In this document: in pieces, positions 11,706 to 20,866 of the stretch | Layout: each line of letters begins with the position of its first letter | How positions within the stretch are numbered: position 1 is the stretch's first letter | Source: Methanotrichaceae archaeon | Lineage (GTDB): Archaea; Halobacteriota; Methanosarcinia; Methanotrichales; Methanotrichaceae | Assembly (NCBI GenBank): GCA_963803145.1 | Contig: CAWDLW010000015.1 | Span: 256,001-320,000 of the forward strand | Direction: 5' to 3' | DNA: 64,000 nt | Notes under the pieces: model-generated | The model's input: only the letters and a program-made list of their open reading frames with translations | Told to the model about the DNA's origin: nothing | The model's database searches: none | Program-made: the position numbers and the translations under genes

Positions 11706-11744
11706 GCATGCATATGTCTTCATGATAATTTCCCTCTTAAAGCG

Positions 11745-11931
11745 TTAACCTTCAGACTTGTTAGGTCGGGAATACAAGTCAGTTGCCTGTACCATGTATC
11801 CTGTAAAGTCGAACTTGGATTGGGCAACAACGTAGTAGGCACGGACTGTGTCGAATTCAAGCCTGTGGAGAACCCAGAAGGTGTTCGTTGAAGCAGGAAG
11901 CCCCGCTCTTCTAGGGCGGGGAGGAAGTCAC
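11745..11931 (+). mobile_element. IS200/IS605 non-autonomous remnant: tnpB 3' tail plus right-end hairpin
   Basis: VVGTDCVEFKPVE TnpB-like C-terminus (11832-11891), GAAGCAGGAAG, hairpin CCCCGCTC-TTCTA-GGGCGGGG (11901-11921), terminal TCAC (11928-11931); left boundary approximate. Confidence 0.75.
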
Positions 11932-13223
11932 TCAAGGAAATGGTGAGTCAGCTTGGTCACATCTCTGTAATTCACCACTCCTACCATCCTCTCATCATCA
12001 TCCACGACCGGCAGAGCCCTGAAGTCGTATCTTAAGAACATGGTTGATGCATCTCCAAGAGTGTTCTCCTTCTTTAGAGATATGACGTTCTTGACCATGA
12101 TATCCTTCAGTAGAGCTCTGTCATCTGCCTTCAGCAGTTCCTTGAGGTCGATCACTCCAAGCAGCTTATCGTCTTTATCGGTGACATAGAGATACATTAT
12201 CTCATCTTTGCCCTTTGCAAGCTTGGGATATCCATTCTGAACAGCCTCTACGGTCTCCTCTGGAGAAACCTTCAGGTATTTCTCCGTGGTGAGATTTTGA
12301 ATGTTCTCCTGCTGCTTCTCCAGAATCGACTTTATCTTATCTAGGTTATCCTGTTTCATCAACTTCATTATTGTATTCTGGTCCTCGAAGGTCAATACCG
12401 ATAGCACGTCCGCTGCCTGGCCTGGAGTCATCATATCTAATAGGCATGCCACTTTTTGTTTGTTCAAGGAGGATATTATCTCCCTCTGCATGTTCGGGTT
12501 TATCTCCTCCAGAGTATCTGAGGCATGATCGGCATCCAGCTGGTTGATGACCATCACTCTTTGCTCATGATCCAGGTCCTCCAGCATTTCCGCTAAATCT
12601 ACGGGCGGAAGGTCGTTCAGCTTATCTTTCAGTACCTTTAGCTTTACATTGCCTTTGAAGCTGTCAATATCAGATGGTAAAGCCTGAACATAGAGCCATG
12701 GGATAAGGGGATCCTCACTCTTTTCATGCTTCTTTTTGACCAGATGGGCAAATGGGCTTTCACTTCTCTCAAAATGGTCTAGGCCAATCCTTCTCAGCCT
12801 GGCATACATTGAAGGATCCACATCGGTCACGTAGAGCTTATTCTTAATGAGTACCATCTTGAGGTCGTAAACTACTTCCACTTCGTTGTCTTCCATATCG
12901 AGGATCTTCTTATCCAAAATGTAGTCCTTCAGGAGCACCATTCCTTCAGGGACTTTGCATGCGAACTTTTCGACATCATCGACGTCAATGACGATCTCTT
13001 TTCCATCGAATGATTGTACCTTTTCCCAAGGTATCATTAAGGAGGGATGACCAAAGGGACGGCTGATTACTAGATGTGTGACCTCAGCTGCCTTATCTTT
13101 ATCCAGTATGACCAGATCAGAGATACTGCCTATCTTCTTAGTCTTTACGAGGACCTTTTCTTTGAGCACATCGCTTAGAAAATAGGCCTTTTCAGCCAGA
13201 TGTTTTTCTTGAGGCTTCTCCAT
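11928..13223 (-). CDS. Cytosolic MgtE-like protein (PRC-barrel + MgtE N-domain + tandem CBS; no transmembrane pore)
   Basis: KIGSISDLV/KKILDMEDNEV PRC-like repeats, LPPVDLAEMLEDL MgtE_N, YLYVTDKDDKLLGVIDL and LPVVDDDERMVGVV CBS pair; no TM segments. Confidence 0.85.
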   Translation of the reverse strand: MEKPQEKHLAEKAYFLSDVLKEKVLVKTKKIGSISDLVILDKDKAAEVTHLVISRPFGHPSLMIPWEKVQSFDGKEIVIDVDDVEKFACKVPEGMVLLKDYILDKKILDMEDNEVEVVYDLKMVLIKNKLYVTDVDPSMYARLRRIGLDHFERSESPFAHLVKKKHEKSEDPLIPWLYVQALPSDIDSFKGNVKLKVLKDKLNDLPPVDLAEMLEDLDHEQRVMVINQLDADHASDTLEEINPNMQREIISSLNKQKVACLLDMMTPGQAADVLSVLTFEDQNTIMKLMKQDNLDKIKSILEKQQENIQNLTTEKYLKVSPEETVEAVQNGYPKLAKGKDEIMYLYVTDKDDKLLGVIDLKELLKADDRALLKDIMVKNVISLKKENTLGDASTMFLRYDFRALPVVDDDERMVGVVNYRDVTKLTHHFLE

Positions 13224-13237
13224 GGCTTCTCCTTTAG

Positions 13238-13462
13238 CTACCTAAAACTAACTATAGTATAGAACTTATACATCAATATGACCACCAGAAATATCAAATA
13301 AAGTCTGAGAATCAAGAGGGATGCCTTGACGAGAGGTGTCATCTTCAGCCTCGGTTGGCTATATTTTTTGTTGATCGCCTTTATCGTGGCAGTCCATTCC
13401 TTAAATACGCGACTGAGCCTTCCCTCCTCGGGCGATATACGGCATTCATCATCTGCATTCAT
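13238..13462 (-). CDS. Small single-TM membrane protein in Mg2+-transport operon
   Basis: 74 aa, C-terminal hydrophobic helix LLILRLYLIFLVVILMYKF; 2-nt and 14-nt gaps to neighbours. Confidence 0.75.
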   Translation of the reverse strand: MNADDECRISPEEGRLSRVFKEWTATIKAINKKYSQPRLKMTPLVKASLLILRLYLIFLVVILMYKFYTIVSFR

Positions 13463-13464
13463 AT

Positions 13465-14733
13465 TTATAACACCTCGGGGAAGAGGACGCTTATTGCATA
13501 CAGCGTCGAGAGAACGACTATCATTGTAACTATTGCTATACCAATTATATTCTGAATTAACGTATTCTTGTATCGCCCCATAAGCTCTTCCTGGTTTAGC
13601 AGCAATATCAGGAACACGAGGGCGGCAGGCAGAAGGGTAACTGCAATCACCTGTACGAACAGAGTTATGAGGACCAATGGTGCCCCTGGGATCAGCACTA
13701 CTGTGCCGGCTACGATCAGGCTCACGAAATAAAACGCATAGAACATTGGCGCTTCTGTTATCTTATTATTAATCGAATGAGCCCAGCCGAAAACTTCCCC
13801 CATGGCCCATGAACTTGCCATAGATATACATATAGCACCCAAGAGTCCAGCATCGAAGAGACCTATAGCCAGGGCAGCTCCGACCAGCGGATAGCTCCCA
13901 ATGATGACCTGAGCTGCCTGGGCTGCGTTATCTATAGTCGTGCCATTAGGCGGCTTGTAGAGCAGCATTCCTGTGAGGATCATGACGAACGCAGCCACGA
14001 ATATGACAAATATGGATCCCATCAGCGTATCAAACCTGGCCCAGGGAATATCCTTCTCTGTGAGCCCCTTATCAACAACTGAGCTTTGGTGGAAGAACAG
14101 CATCCATGGCGCGATGGTAGTTCCTATATTAGCCATCAGGAAGAAGAATATATCCGGAGTTATGCCGTTTGGGAAAACAGGGACTTTTAGAACCTGGCTG
14201 AAGTCAGGATGAAGGAGCAGCGTAGCAGGAACGTAAATCAGATTCAGCCCACAGAAGAGGAGAACAATCTTCTCCCAGGTCCAGTACCTGCCATGCATCA
14301 CAATGGCGACCATCAGTACGGAGACGCATACTACTGTTACTGCCGGTGGCACACCAAATACACGCATTGCCGCAGTCATACCTACGAATTCCGAGATCAA
14401 TGTGAGGAAATCCAAAAAGCCCAGGTCCAGCAGTGAGAACCAGCCCCAGAATGGACCAAATGCATCGAATATGGCCTCAGCATGTCCTCGTTTGGTGACT
14501 GCGCCAAGTCTCACACACATCTCTTGAACGGCAAAGGCTGCGGGACCAAGTAGTATTATAAACCAGATCAAGCTGTAGCCGAATTTAGCTCCCGTTGCCG
14601 CATAGGTGGTGATTCCGCCGGCATCGTTATCTGCTATCATCACGATTATGCCAGGGCCTGCAAGAGCCAAGTATAAACTCAACCATTTTACAAACCTGCG
14701 ATATTTATAGAAAAGGCTGGCTCCAAATTGCAT
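13465..14733 (-). CDS. NRAMP/SLC11-related divalent cation (probably Mg2+, NRMT-type) transporter
   Basis: GPGIIVMIADNDAGGITTY (DNDAG instead of DPGN), VQEMCVRLG, IGTTIAPW (instead of MPH); about 11 TM. Confidence 0.88.
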   Translation of the reverse strand: MQFGASLFYKYRRFVKWLSLYLALAGPGIIVMIADNDAGGITTYAATGAKFGYSLIWFIILLGPAAFAVQEMCVRLGAVTKRGHAEAIFDAFGPFWGWFSLLDLGFLDFLTLISEFVGMTAAMRVFGVPPAVTVVCVSVLMVAIVMHGRYWTWEKIVLLFCGLNLIYVPATLLLHPDFSQVLKVPVFPNGITPDIFFFLMANIGTTIAPWMLFFHQSSVVDKGLTEKDIPWARFDTLMGSIFVIFVAAFVMILTGMLLYKPPNGTTIDNAAQAAQVIIGSYPLVGAALAIGLFDAGLLGAICISMASSWAMGEVFGWAHSINNKITEAPMFYAFYFVSLIVAGTVVLIPGAPLVLITLFVQVIAVTLLPAALVFLILLLNQEELMGRYKNTLIQNIIGIAIVTMIVVLSTLYAISVLFPEVL

Positions 14734-14745
14734 TATACCAGATCC

Positions 14746-14925
14746 CTATTGATAATACTTCATTTCGCTATAGCAGCATATCCTTAGAGTATCACTCACA
14801 CCGGGATACCGTTTTTTTGGACGTGGCTGCTGTACCCAGAGGTATTCGTCTTCGGCACCTTCTGAAGACCTTGCCCCTTCCGATCGGCTGGTTGAGCTTT
14901 GAAAATCAACATATGTATGCCTCAT
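14746..14925 (-). CDS. Upstream ORF / putative leader peptide, 59 aa (MRHTYVDFQSSTSRSEGARSSEGAEDEYLWVQQPRPKKRYPGVSDTLRICCYSEMKYYQ)
   Basis: Manually translated; ATG 14925-14923 preceded by GCGGGG, TAG 14748-14746 ends 12 nt before the transporter ATG; lies downstream of TATA box at ~14990. Confidence 0.6.
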   Translation of the reverse strand: MRHTYVDFQSSTSRSEGARSSEGAEDEYLWVQQPRPKKRYPGVSDTLRICCYSEMKYYQ

Positions 14926-14986
14926 ATGCCCCGCAATTGGTCTTAAATTGCCTCAATGGCTATACTCGGCGGGTTGCCTTCTGATG

Positions 14987-15005
14987 TTATATAAGCCTTT
15001 TTTTC
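14987..15005 (-). promoter_or_regulatory. BRE/TATA promoter of the uORF-NRAMP-mgtE operon
   Basis: Minus strand GAAAAAAAGG-CTTATATAA; would place the TSS near 14963, giving an ~230-nt leader. Confidence 0.55.
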
Positions 15006-15103
15006 ATGATCTATTAAACATATAGTATTCCAGAGAATATTTATATAGGTTTTTAGTGATATACCAATAACTAGAATAAATTATTGGAAGAAATGGGATA
15101 ACT

Positions 15104-15562
15104 ATGGGCAGTACACAGGATTTGGATGAAATAGATTCATCCATCCTCAAGCTTCTCCGCGAGAATTCAAGGAGGAATTTCCACGAGCTATCCAAGCTAA
15201 CAGGCATTTCAGATGCAACTATCCAGTTCAGGCTGAAGCGCATGAAAGCTCGCGGGATAATTGATAAGTTCACAGTAATTGTGAACCCTGCAGCAACAGG
15301 CTACGCAGTCACCGCCATAATGCTCATACAGACTGAGACCGATAAGCATGACGAGGCCAAGGTAGCACTCGCAAAGATTCCGGAGGTCACAGAGGTATAT
15401 GGCGTTTTAGGAGAGCAGGATCTTTCCATCAAGGTCTGGTCCAGAAGCCTTCAAGAGCTTAATGCTATAATAAACGACAAAATAAGATCCATAGATGGCA
15501 TCGAGGATATTCAAGAGATCGTTGTAGTCGAAAGGGTGAAGGAAGAGATGCCACCTATTTAA
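15104..15562 (+). CDS. Lrp/AsnC family transcriptional regulator
   Basis: LDEIDSSILKLLRENSR HTH, RLKRMKARGII, C-terminal RAM domain (YGVLGEQD). Confidence 0.92.
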   Translation: MGSTQDLDEIDSSILKLLRENSRRNFHELSKLTGISDATIQFRLKRMKARGIIDKFTVIVNPAATGYAVTAIMLIQTETDKHDEAKVALAKIPEVTEVYGVLGEQDLSIKVWSRSLQELNAIINDKIRSIDGIEDIQEIVVVERVKEEMPPI

Positions 15563-15622
15563 AGGATTGATAAACGATAATAACTCAGAATGCCAAAGTA
15601 ACAATGGTCGTGATACACTTCG

Positions 15623-16684
15623 ATGCAGACTGGAAGAGATTCAACCAAATCGGATGCATTATACTCGCATCAGCCCCATGCCTGCAGTTCTGAAGAGGCT
15701 CCAAAGATAACCGTTATCGATTATGATGAAACCCATTACCAGGAGGCGGAGGTTAAGGTAGCTGAGGAATGTTTCACCTTCAGAGCCTTGCCAACAATAA
15801 CCTGGATAAACATAGATTGCCTCCAAAGCATCGATCTTCTCGATAAACTGGGTGCATGCTATGGGTTCCATCCATTGGTGCTGGAAGATATTCTCTCAGA
15901 TCAGCGCCCGAAGTTGGAGGACTACGAGGACTATATCTTCATAGTGCTCAAAATGTTATACTATCATGAGCATAATGGAGAAGCGGCCACAGAAGCAAAT
16001 CAAATAAGCATCATCCTCGGTCCGAATTATGTGATATCATTTAAAGAGAAGGCTGGAGATGTATTTGATCCCATCAGAGATCGCCTGAGGACTGGAAAGG
16101 GCAGAATACGGAAGCTGGGTGCGGACTATCTGGCCTACTCAATGATAGATGCAATAGTCGATAATTACTTTTTTATCATGGAGCGGCTTGGAGACAGGTT
16201 CGAAAATGTGGAGGATGCTGTCGTGACCCGACCGGATCCTGATGTTCTGCTGGATATATACAACCTGAGACAGGATACCCTCTCCCTGCGCAGATCTGTA
16301 TGGCCGGTGAGGGAGGCTATAAGCAAGATGGAGAGGACGGATTCGCCCCTTGTAACGGATGTCACGAAGGTCTACCTGAGAGATGTCTATGACCATACCA
16401 TTCAGGTGATAGAGAACATAGAGAACTTGAGGGATACTTCAGCATCGCTGCTTGATATCTACCTCTCCAGCCTGAGCAATCGACTTAACGAAGTGATCAA
16501 GGTACTAACAGTGATATCAACAATATTCATGCCCTTAACATTTATATCGGGGCTATTCGGGATGAATGTCCAGAGGATGATAGACTGGCTCCAGGTACCC
16601 TGGGCATTCTATGCTATCATCGCCTCTATGATTGCTGTAGTCGTTACAATGCTCGCATATTTCAGAAAGAAAGGATGGCTTTAA
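15623..16684 (+). CDS. corA: Magnesium/cobalt transporter CorA
   Basis: HPLVLEDI, QRPKLEDY, YLRDVYDH, C-terminal TM pair with GLFGMN signature. Confidence 0.95.
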   Translation: MQTGRDSTKSDALYSHQPHACSSEEAPKITVIDYDETHYQEAEVKVAEECFTFRALPTITWINIDCLQSIDLLDKLGACYGFHPLVLEDILSDQRPKLEDYEDYIFIVLKMLYYHEHNGEAATEANQISIILGPNYVISFKEKAGDVFDPIRDRLRTGKGRIRKLGADYLAYSMIDAIVDNYFFIMERLGDRFENVEDAVVTRPDPDVLLDIYNLRQDTLSLRRSVWPVREAISKMERTDSPLVTDVTKVYLRDVYDHTIQVIENIENLRDTSASLLDIYLSSLSNRLNEVIKVLTVISTIFMPLTFISGLFGMNVQRMIDWLQVPWAFYAIIASMIAVVVTMLAYFRKKGWL

Positions 16685-16695
16685 GAAGCTCTCAA

Positions 16696-17724
16696 TCAGA
16701 CCAATATCCTTTCATACCTCTGTTTAACCCTCTCCAATATATCCATATCATAAGGCTGGTGTGTAGGCAGTATCACATCTGCTGTCAGCCCTGAGCAGTC
16801 TGATGCAACTGTCGTGCCATCTGCTTGGACTGAAATCCTCAGGTCCCTGGCAATATCCTCAATGATTGGCGTCATCGGCCTGATTGGCCTGGCAGTCTTC
16901 GCTCTCTCCCTATAACTCTGGAGAAGGGCATCTATCTCTGCAGCTACTCCCTCAATATTGCCTGAACCGCATGCGGCTGATATCTTCTCTGCGCTCTCCT
17001 TGAGCTTAGATAGTGTGCCAACGCTTGCTTCAATAATCTTTCCAGAATAATGCTCTCTGACTTTATCCGCATAGCCTGGTGCTATTACTAGAAGCTCGAT
17101 ATCATTCAGCTTTTCCAGATCGTTCTCATCAGGCTTGTAGGCATTCACTACCAGGAAATCCAGGCCGAGGCGTAGGGCTAGGCTCTCATACATCGGTGTG
17201 ACACCTATCGGCCTTTTATCATTCATTATTACTCTTCTGACAGATTCCGGACGATCCGACATCAGGCCAAAATAATCCGCAAATGCCTTCGTAGTTGTAA
17301 TAACCTTTGTTCTTCCCTGCTTGGCACAGGATATCAGCCCCATCTTCTCAAGACCTTTGACATGAGCATAGCTTTTATTGCCTCTGATCTCTGCAAGTAT
17401 GCTCTGCTTTATTGGCTGTTTATAGGCTATTATCGCCAGAGTCCTTATAAGCGGTGCATCGATCTCTTTAGGGGCTACTGATATAACGCTATGAACAAGA
17501 GCTGTCCTGACCTGCATGGCGTATTCATCGCCGAATCTGATGATCTCCATGCCCCCGTTACGGATTGAGTATTCTTTTGCCAGCTCTTCGGCAAGGGTAT
17601 GAGCCATATCCTCAGGTATGCCCGAGAGGTCAGATAGCTCCCGGATTGAGAGCATTTTGCCGCTTGCAAAAAGCGCAGCCTCAATAACTGCCTTCGGGTC
17701 GATATCCTGAGCTGAAGAGTTCAT
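16696..17724 (-). CDS. scpB: Segregation and condensation protein B with long C-terminal extension
   Basis: IEAALF, TLAIIAYKQPI, IRGNK, TTKAFADYFGL; near smc/scpA. Confidence 0.92.
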   Translation of the reverse strand: MNSSAQDIDPKAVIEAALFASGKMLSIRELSDLSGIPEDMAHTLAEELAKEYSIRNGGMEIIRFGDEYAMQVRTALVHSVISVAPKEIDAPLIRTLAIIAYKQPIKQSILAEIRGNKSYAHVKGLEKMGLISCAKQGRTKVITTTKAFADYFGLMSDRPESVRRVIMNDKRPIGVTPMYESLALRLGLDFLVVNAYKPDENDLEKLNDIELLVIAPGYADKVREHYSGKIIEASVGTLSKLKESAEKISAACGSGNIEGVAAEIDALLQSYRERAKTARPIRPMTPIIEDIARDLRISVQADGTTVASDCSGLTADVILPTHQPYDMDILERVKQRYERILV

Positions 17725-17761
17725 AACATGGGATCTGCATTTTGAGTTTTAAGCTCTTTTG

Positions 17762-18930
17762 GGTAGTCTACCTTAGATAAGTTGTTATATTATCAACTGC
17801 AATCATATAATTGGAGGAATACAATGATGAATGAACAATTGGTTCCTCCAAGCACGTTTTGCTGGAACCAAGAGTGTATCGACTATTGCAAAGTAAAAAA
17901 TGAAAACATCATAAAATTTGGCCGAACCGCCAAAGGAACACGCTATCGATGTAAGACCTGTGGGAAGACATTCGTTGAAAACATAGGTACAGTATTCTAT
18001 GGTCGCCATCATAGCCAGGATACAATTCTAAAATGCTTAGCCTTGCTGGCCGAACGCAATAGTCTGGCATCCATCCATCGGGTTATGGGGATTAAAGAAG
18101 AAACAGTTATGGATTGGCTTCACGAAGCAGCTAGCCACGTTGAAGAGCTAGAGGCTCTAATGCTTGCAAACTATAAACTGACTCGTGTTCAACTGGATGC
18201 TATGTGGTCATACGTAGGAAATAAAGGCGAAAAGGGGGCTATCCAGAAGAGAACGATCGTGGTAGCTTCTGGCGCGGTACAACGATAGATATGGATACTC
18301 GCCTTAGAGTTGGGCGGTCAATCAGGAAGAGTGAAAGCGAAGTCTCTATGGAATTGATGGCCCAGTTGAAGGCTCGTGGTAATCCGGATAAACCTCCTGC
18401 TATCGCTACTGATGGCTATGATAGTTATCCGGAGGCCATGCTCGAGACTTGGGGGAAAGTACCTGAATACTCTGGTAGAGGAAGACCGCCTACTCGAAAG
18501 AAGTCTGAGCCTGATTGGAAATGCATTCAGATAATCAAAACACGATCTGGAGGGCATCTTGTTAGTATCCACTACAAAGTTGTCTTTGGTGATACGAAAG
18601 GGGTCTGTGATCTAATGGGCACCCATACTGCCTATATCGAGAGGACTCATCTAACATCCAGACAGATGAATGGGCGATTTGTTAGAAAGACCATTTCTTT
18701 CTCTAAAGAGATCGAGATGCATAGGGCTTCTTGTGCCTGGGAAGATTGGGTTTATAATTTGGCCAGGCCTAATAAGTCATTACGAATCGATTCAGCAGAA
18801 TCTCAACGATGCTGGACGAAAAGATCTCCAGCTATGGCTGCAGGTTTGACTGATCATATTTGGACTATAAAAGAAATCCTTATGAATGTCGTGGTTCCAG
18901 ACGGGAGCAACATGAAATAGGTAGACTACC
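17762..18930 (+). mobile_element. IS1-family element (two-ORF transposase, -1 frameshift)
   Basis: TIR GGTAGTCTACCT/AGGTAGACTACC; 8-bp TSD CTCTTTTG (17754-17761, 18931-18938); ORFs 17782..18288 (Zn ribbon, HTH) and 18291..18920 (DDE); X-XXY-YYZ heptamer A-AAG-GGG at 18231-18237. Confidence 0.93.
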
Positions 18931-18978
18931 CTCTTTTGATTTGGGCGATTATTTTAATTTGTAGTCCTTCTTTGACTA

Positions 18979-20061
18979 TAGTTAATCTCCTAGCTTTTTG
19001 CACTAAGAAATCGCTCCACCCAGGACTTTGAATATCCATCCTTTTTGGAATAAAATATTTCTAAAGCGCAATCTTGGCTAGCTATAATAGCTTCATCGAA
19101 ATCAGTGTATTTGGCGATCTCTCTTTTGAAATCCTTCCAACCGAATTCTATAGGATTCAAATCTGGTGAATAGGGGATATTATAAATTAAGTGAATATCG
19201 ATTTCCTCAGCTAGTTTTCTAAATTTCTTGGCCAAATGAATTCTAGCATTATCTAAAAGTATACAAATTGGCCTCATAATATTATTATTTCTTATATTTT
19301 GAGCAAATGCCATCAACGCTTCCTTCTTAGAGGAGTTGGAAACCATAACCTCATCATTGCCATTTAATGCTATAAATCCAAAAATAGTTCTTGATCTAAC
19401 CTTTCCAGGTTTATAATTTATTAAATGAGTGTTTAAGACTCTACGTGTATTAGGGCGCTGTTGTAAAGAGCTTTCATCAAGAAATCCTATAACAGGATCA
19501 GTAACAGTGGTCAGCACTGATTTTATCCTTTTTTAAAAAACTTTCTGCATCTGCAGGCCTCTTTTCATTTCTGATGTATGGTTTCCCATACTTAACTTTT
19601 TTCACTACTCTTAAAATTCGCCAGCCATATTTATATGAAAAATCTATACCTCTTGTATCCCTTACATATTTTAATACGTCTTTTATCGTCATTCCTTTGT
19701 CTTCAATTTCTTTAATAACTCTATCCCATTCATCAAGAGACATCTTTGGCTTTTTGCCATTTCTATTCTTTGGTGTCAATCCATTATAGCCATGATTATT
19801 CCATCTGCTTAACCAATGTTTTATTGTCCTCTCGCCCCTTTTTAAAATATCAGCTACCTCATATACGTTTTTCCCTTCATATAAATGTATTATTGCCAAT
19901 AACCGTTCCTTAATCCTTAGATCAGTCTCTTTTTTATATAATTTATCAAGGTCTATCTTTGATATATGCCTAATTATTATAGGTTTTCTACCCATGCCTA
20001 TGTATTTTCACGCATTAATTATTAAATGTATCTATAGGGCAATAAGCTCAATGATTAACTA
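18979..20061 (-). mobile_element. IS630-family element (HTH ORF 19498..19995 + DDE ORF 18990..19517)
   Basis: TA duplications flank imperfect TIRs beginning TAGTTAATC; DDE motifs GFLDES, LLDNARIH, YSPDLNPIE; T6A6 tract at the ORF junction. Confidence 0.9.
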
Positions 20062-20169
20062 TAATTGACGAATGAATTCAAGAAATGTTCATGATCCGGC
20101 TGTCACCTGATAGAAGCACTATAATCGCCAACCTGAAAGCTCCATAATCCCTAGCAGGCTATCTGGATT

Positions 20170-20859
20170 CTACGGATGCCGCCTAATGTAAAGCTCCTGG
20201 AAGAACTCCTCCTGTTCGAGCCATACCTGCCTTCGCTGTGCCATAAAAAGCAGAGAAACATAATCCATGACCCTCTCTTTGCTTTTTATATCTGTAAATG
20301 TCGCAGTCTTGCTGCCTGCAAAAATACTGTCCAGAATAGGGCCAAGCGCCTTTATACGATCTTCAATTCCCTCTTCATGGGAGAGGTCCATAGCCTTCTC
20401 CGCAGGCGACTCAGGCCAGCGCTCCCTCATGGCCTTCCTCCTGCCGACCATCTCTGCCTTCCGGAGCTCTGAGATCAGCTCCTCCAGAGTTACCGGCCTT
20501 TTTGTATGCCTTCTTATAGGCGGCTGGGGAAGACCATCTATAGTCTCTTCGACCTCAAATTCAACCTCGTCGGGAATAAGCTCCGGCTCCTCCTCTTTGG
20601 ATTCTTCTACAAAATCCGATTTCATCCTGAGAAGCATGGCGGCATAGAGTAATGTCCTGGCCGGTATTCTAAGATCCCTCTTCTCAAGCGAATCTATGTA
20701 CTCAAGGAACCTCTGCGTAGTGAGAGCTATATCTATATCCCAGGGATCTATCTCGCCCTTCTTTGCGAGCTCAACCAGAACCTCGGCAGGCTCACCGAAC
20801 CCAAACTCGATCCTAGGCCCAATAGGGCTCTTCTCGGAAGCAGAACTTCCATCGGTCAT
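20170..20859 (-). CDS. scpA: Segregation and condensation protein A (kleisin)
   Basis: LAKKGEIDPWDIDI, RTLLYAAMLLRMKS, VWLEQEEFF; follows smc. Confidence 0.93.
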   Translation of the reverse strand: MTDGSSASEKSPIGPRIEFGFGEPAEVLVELAKKGEIDPWDIDIALTTQRFLEYIDSLEKRDLRIPARTLLYAAMLLRMKSDFVEESKEEEPELIPDEVEFEVEETIDGLPQPPIRRHTKRPVTLEELISELRKAEMVGRRKAMRERWPESPAEKAMDLSHEEGIEDRIKALGPILDSIFAGSKTATFTDIKSKERVMDYVSLLFMAQRRQVWLEQEEFFQELYIRRHP

Positions 20860-20866
20860 GGAGATA

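Noticed and set aside
14734-14965. M-box (ykoK), yybP-ykoY or c-di-AMP riboswitch upstream of the transporter
   Set aside because: Consensus elements could not be matched by eye on the coding strand; the uORF explains the region better. An Infernal/Rfam scan would settle it.
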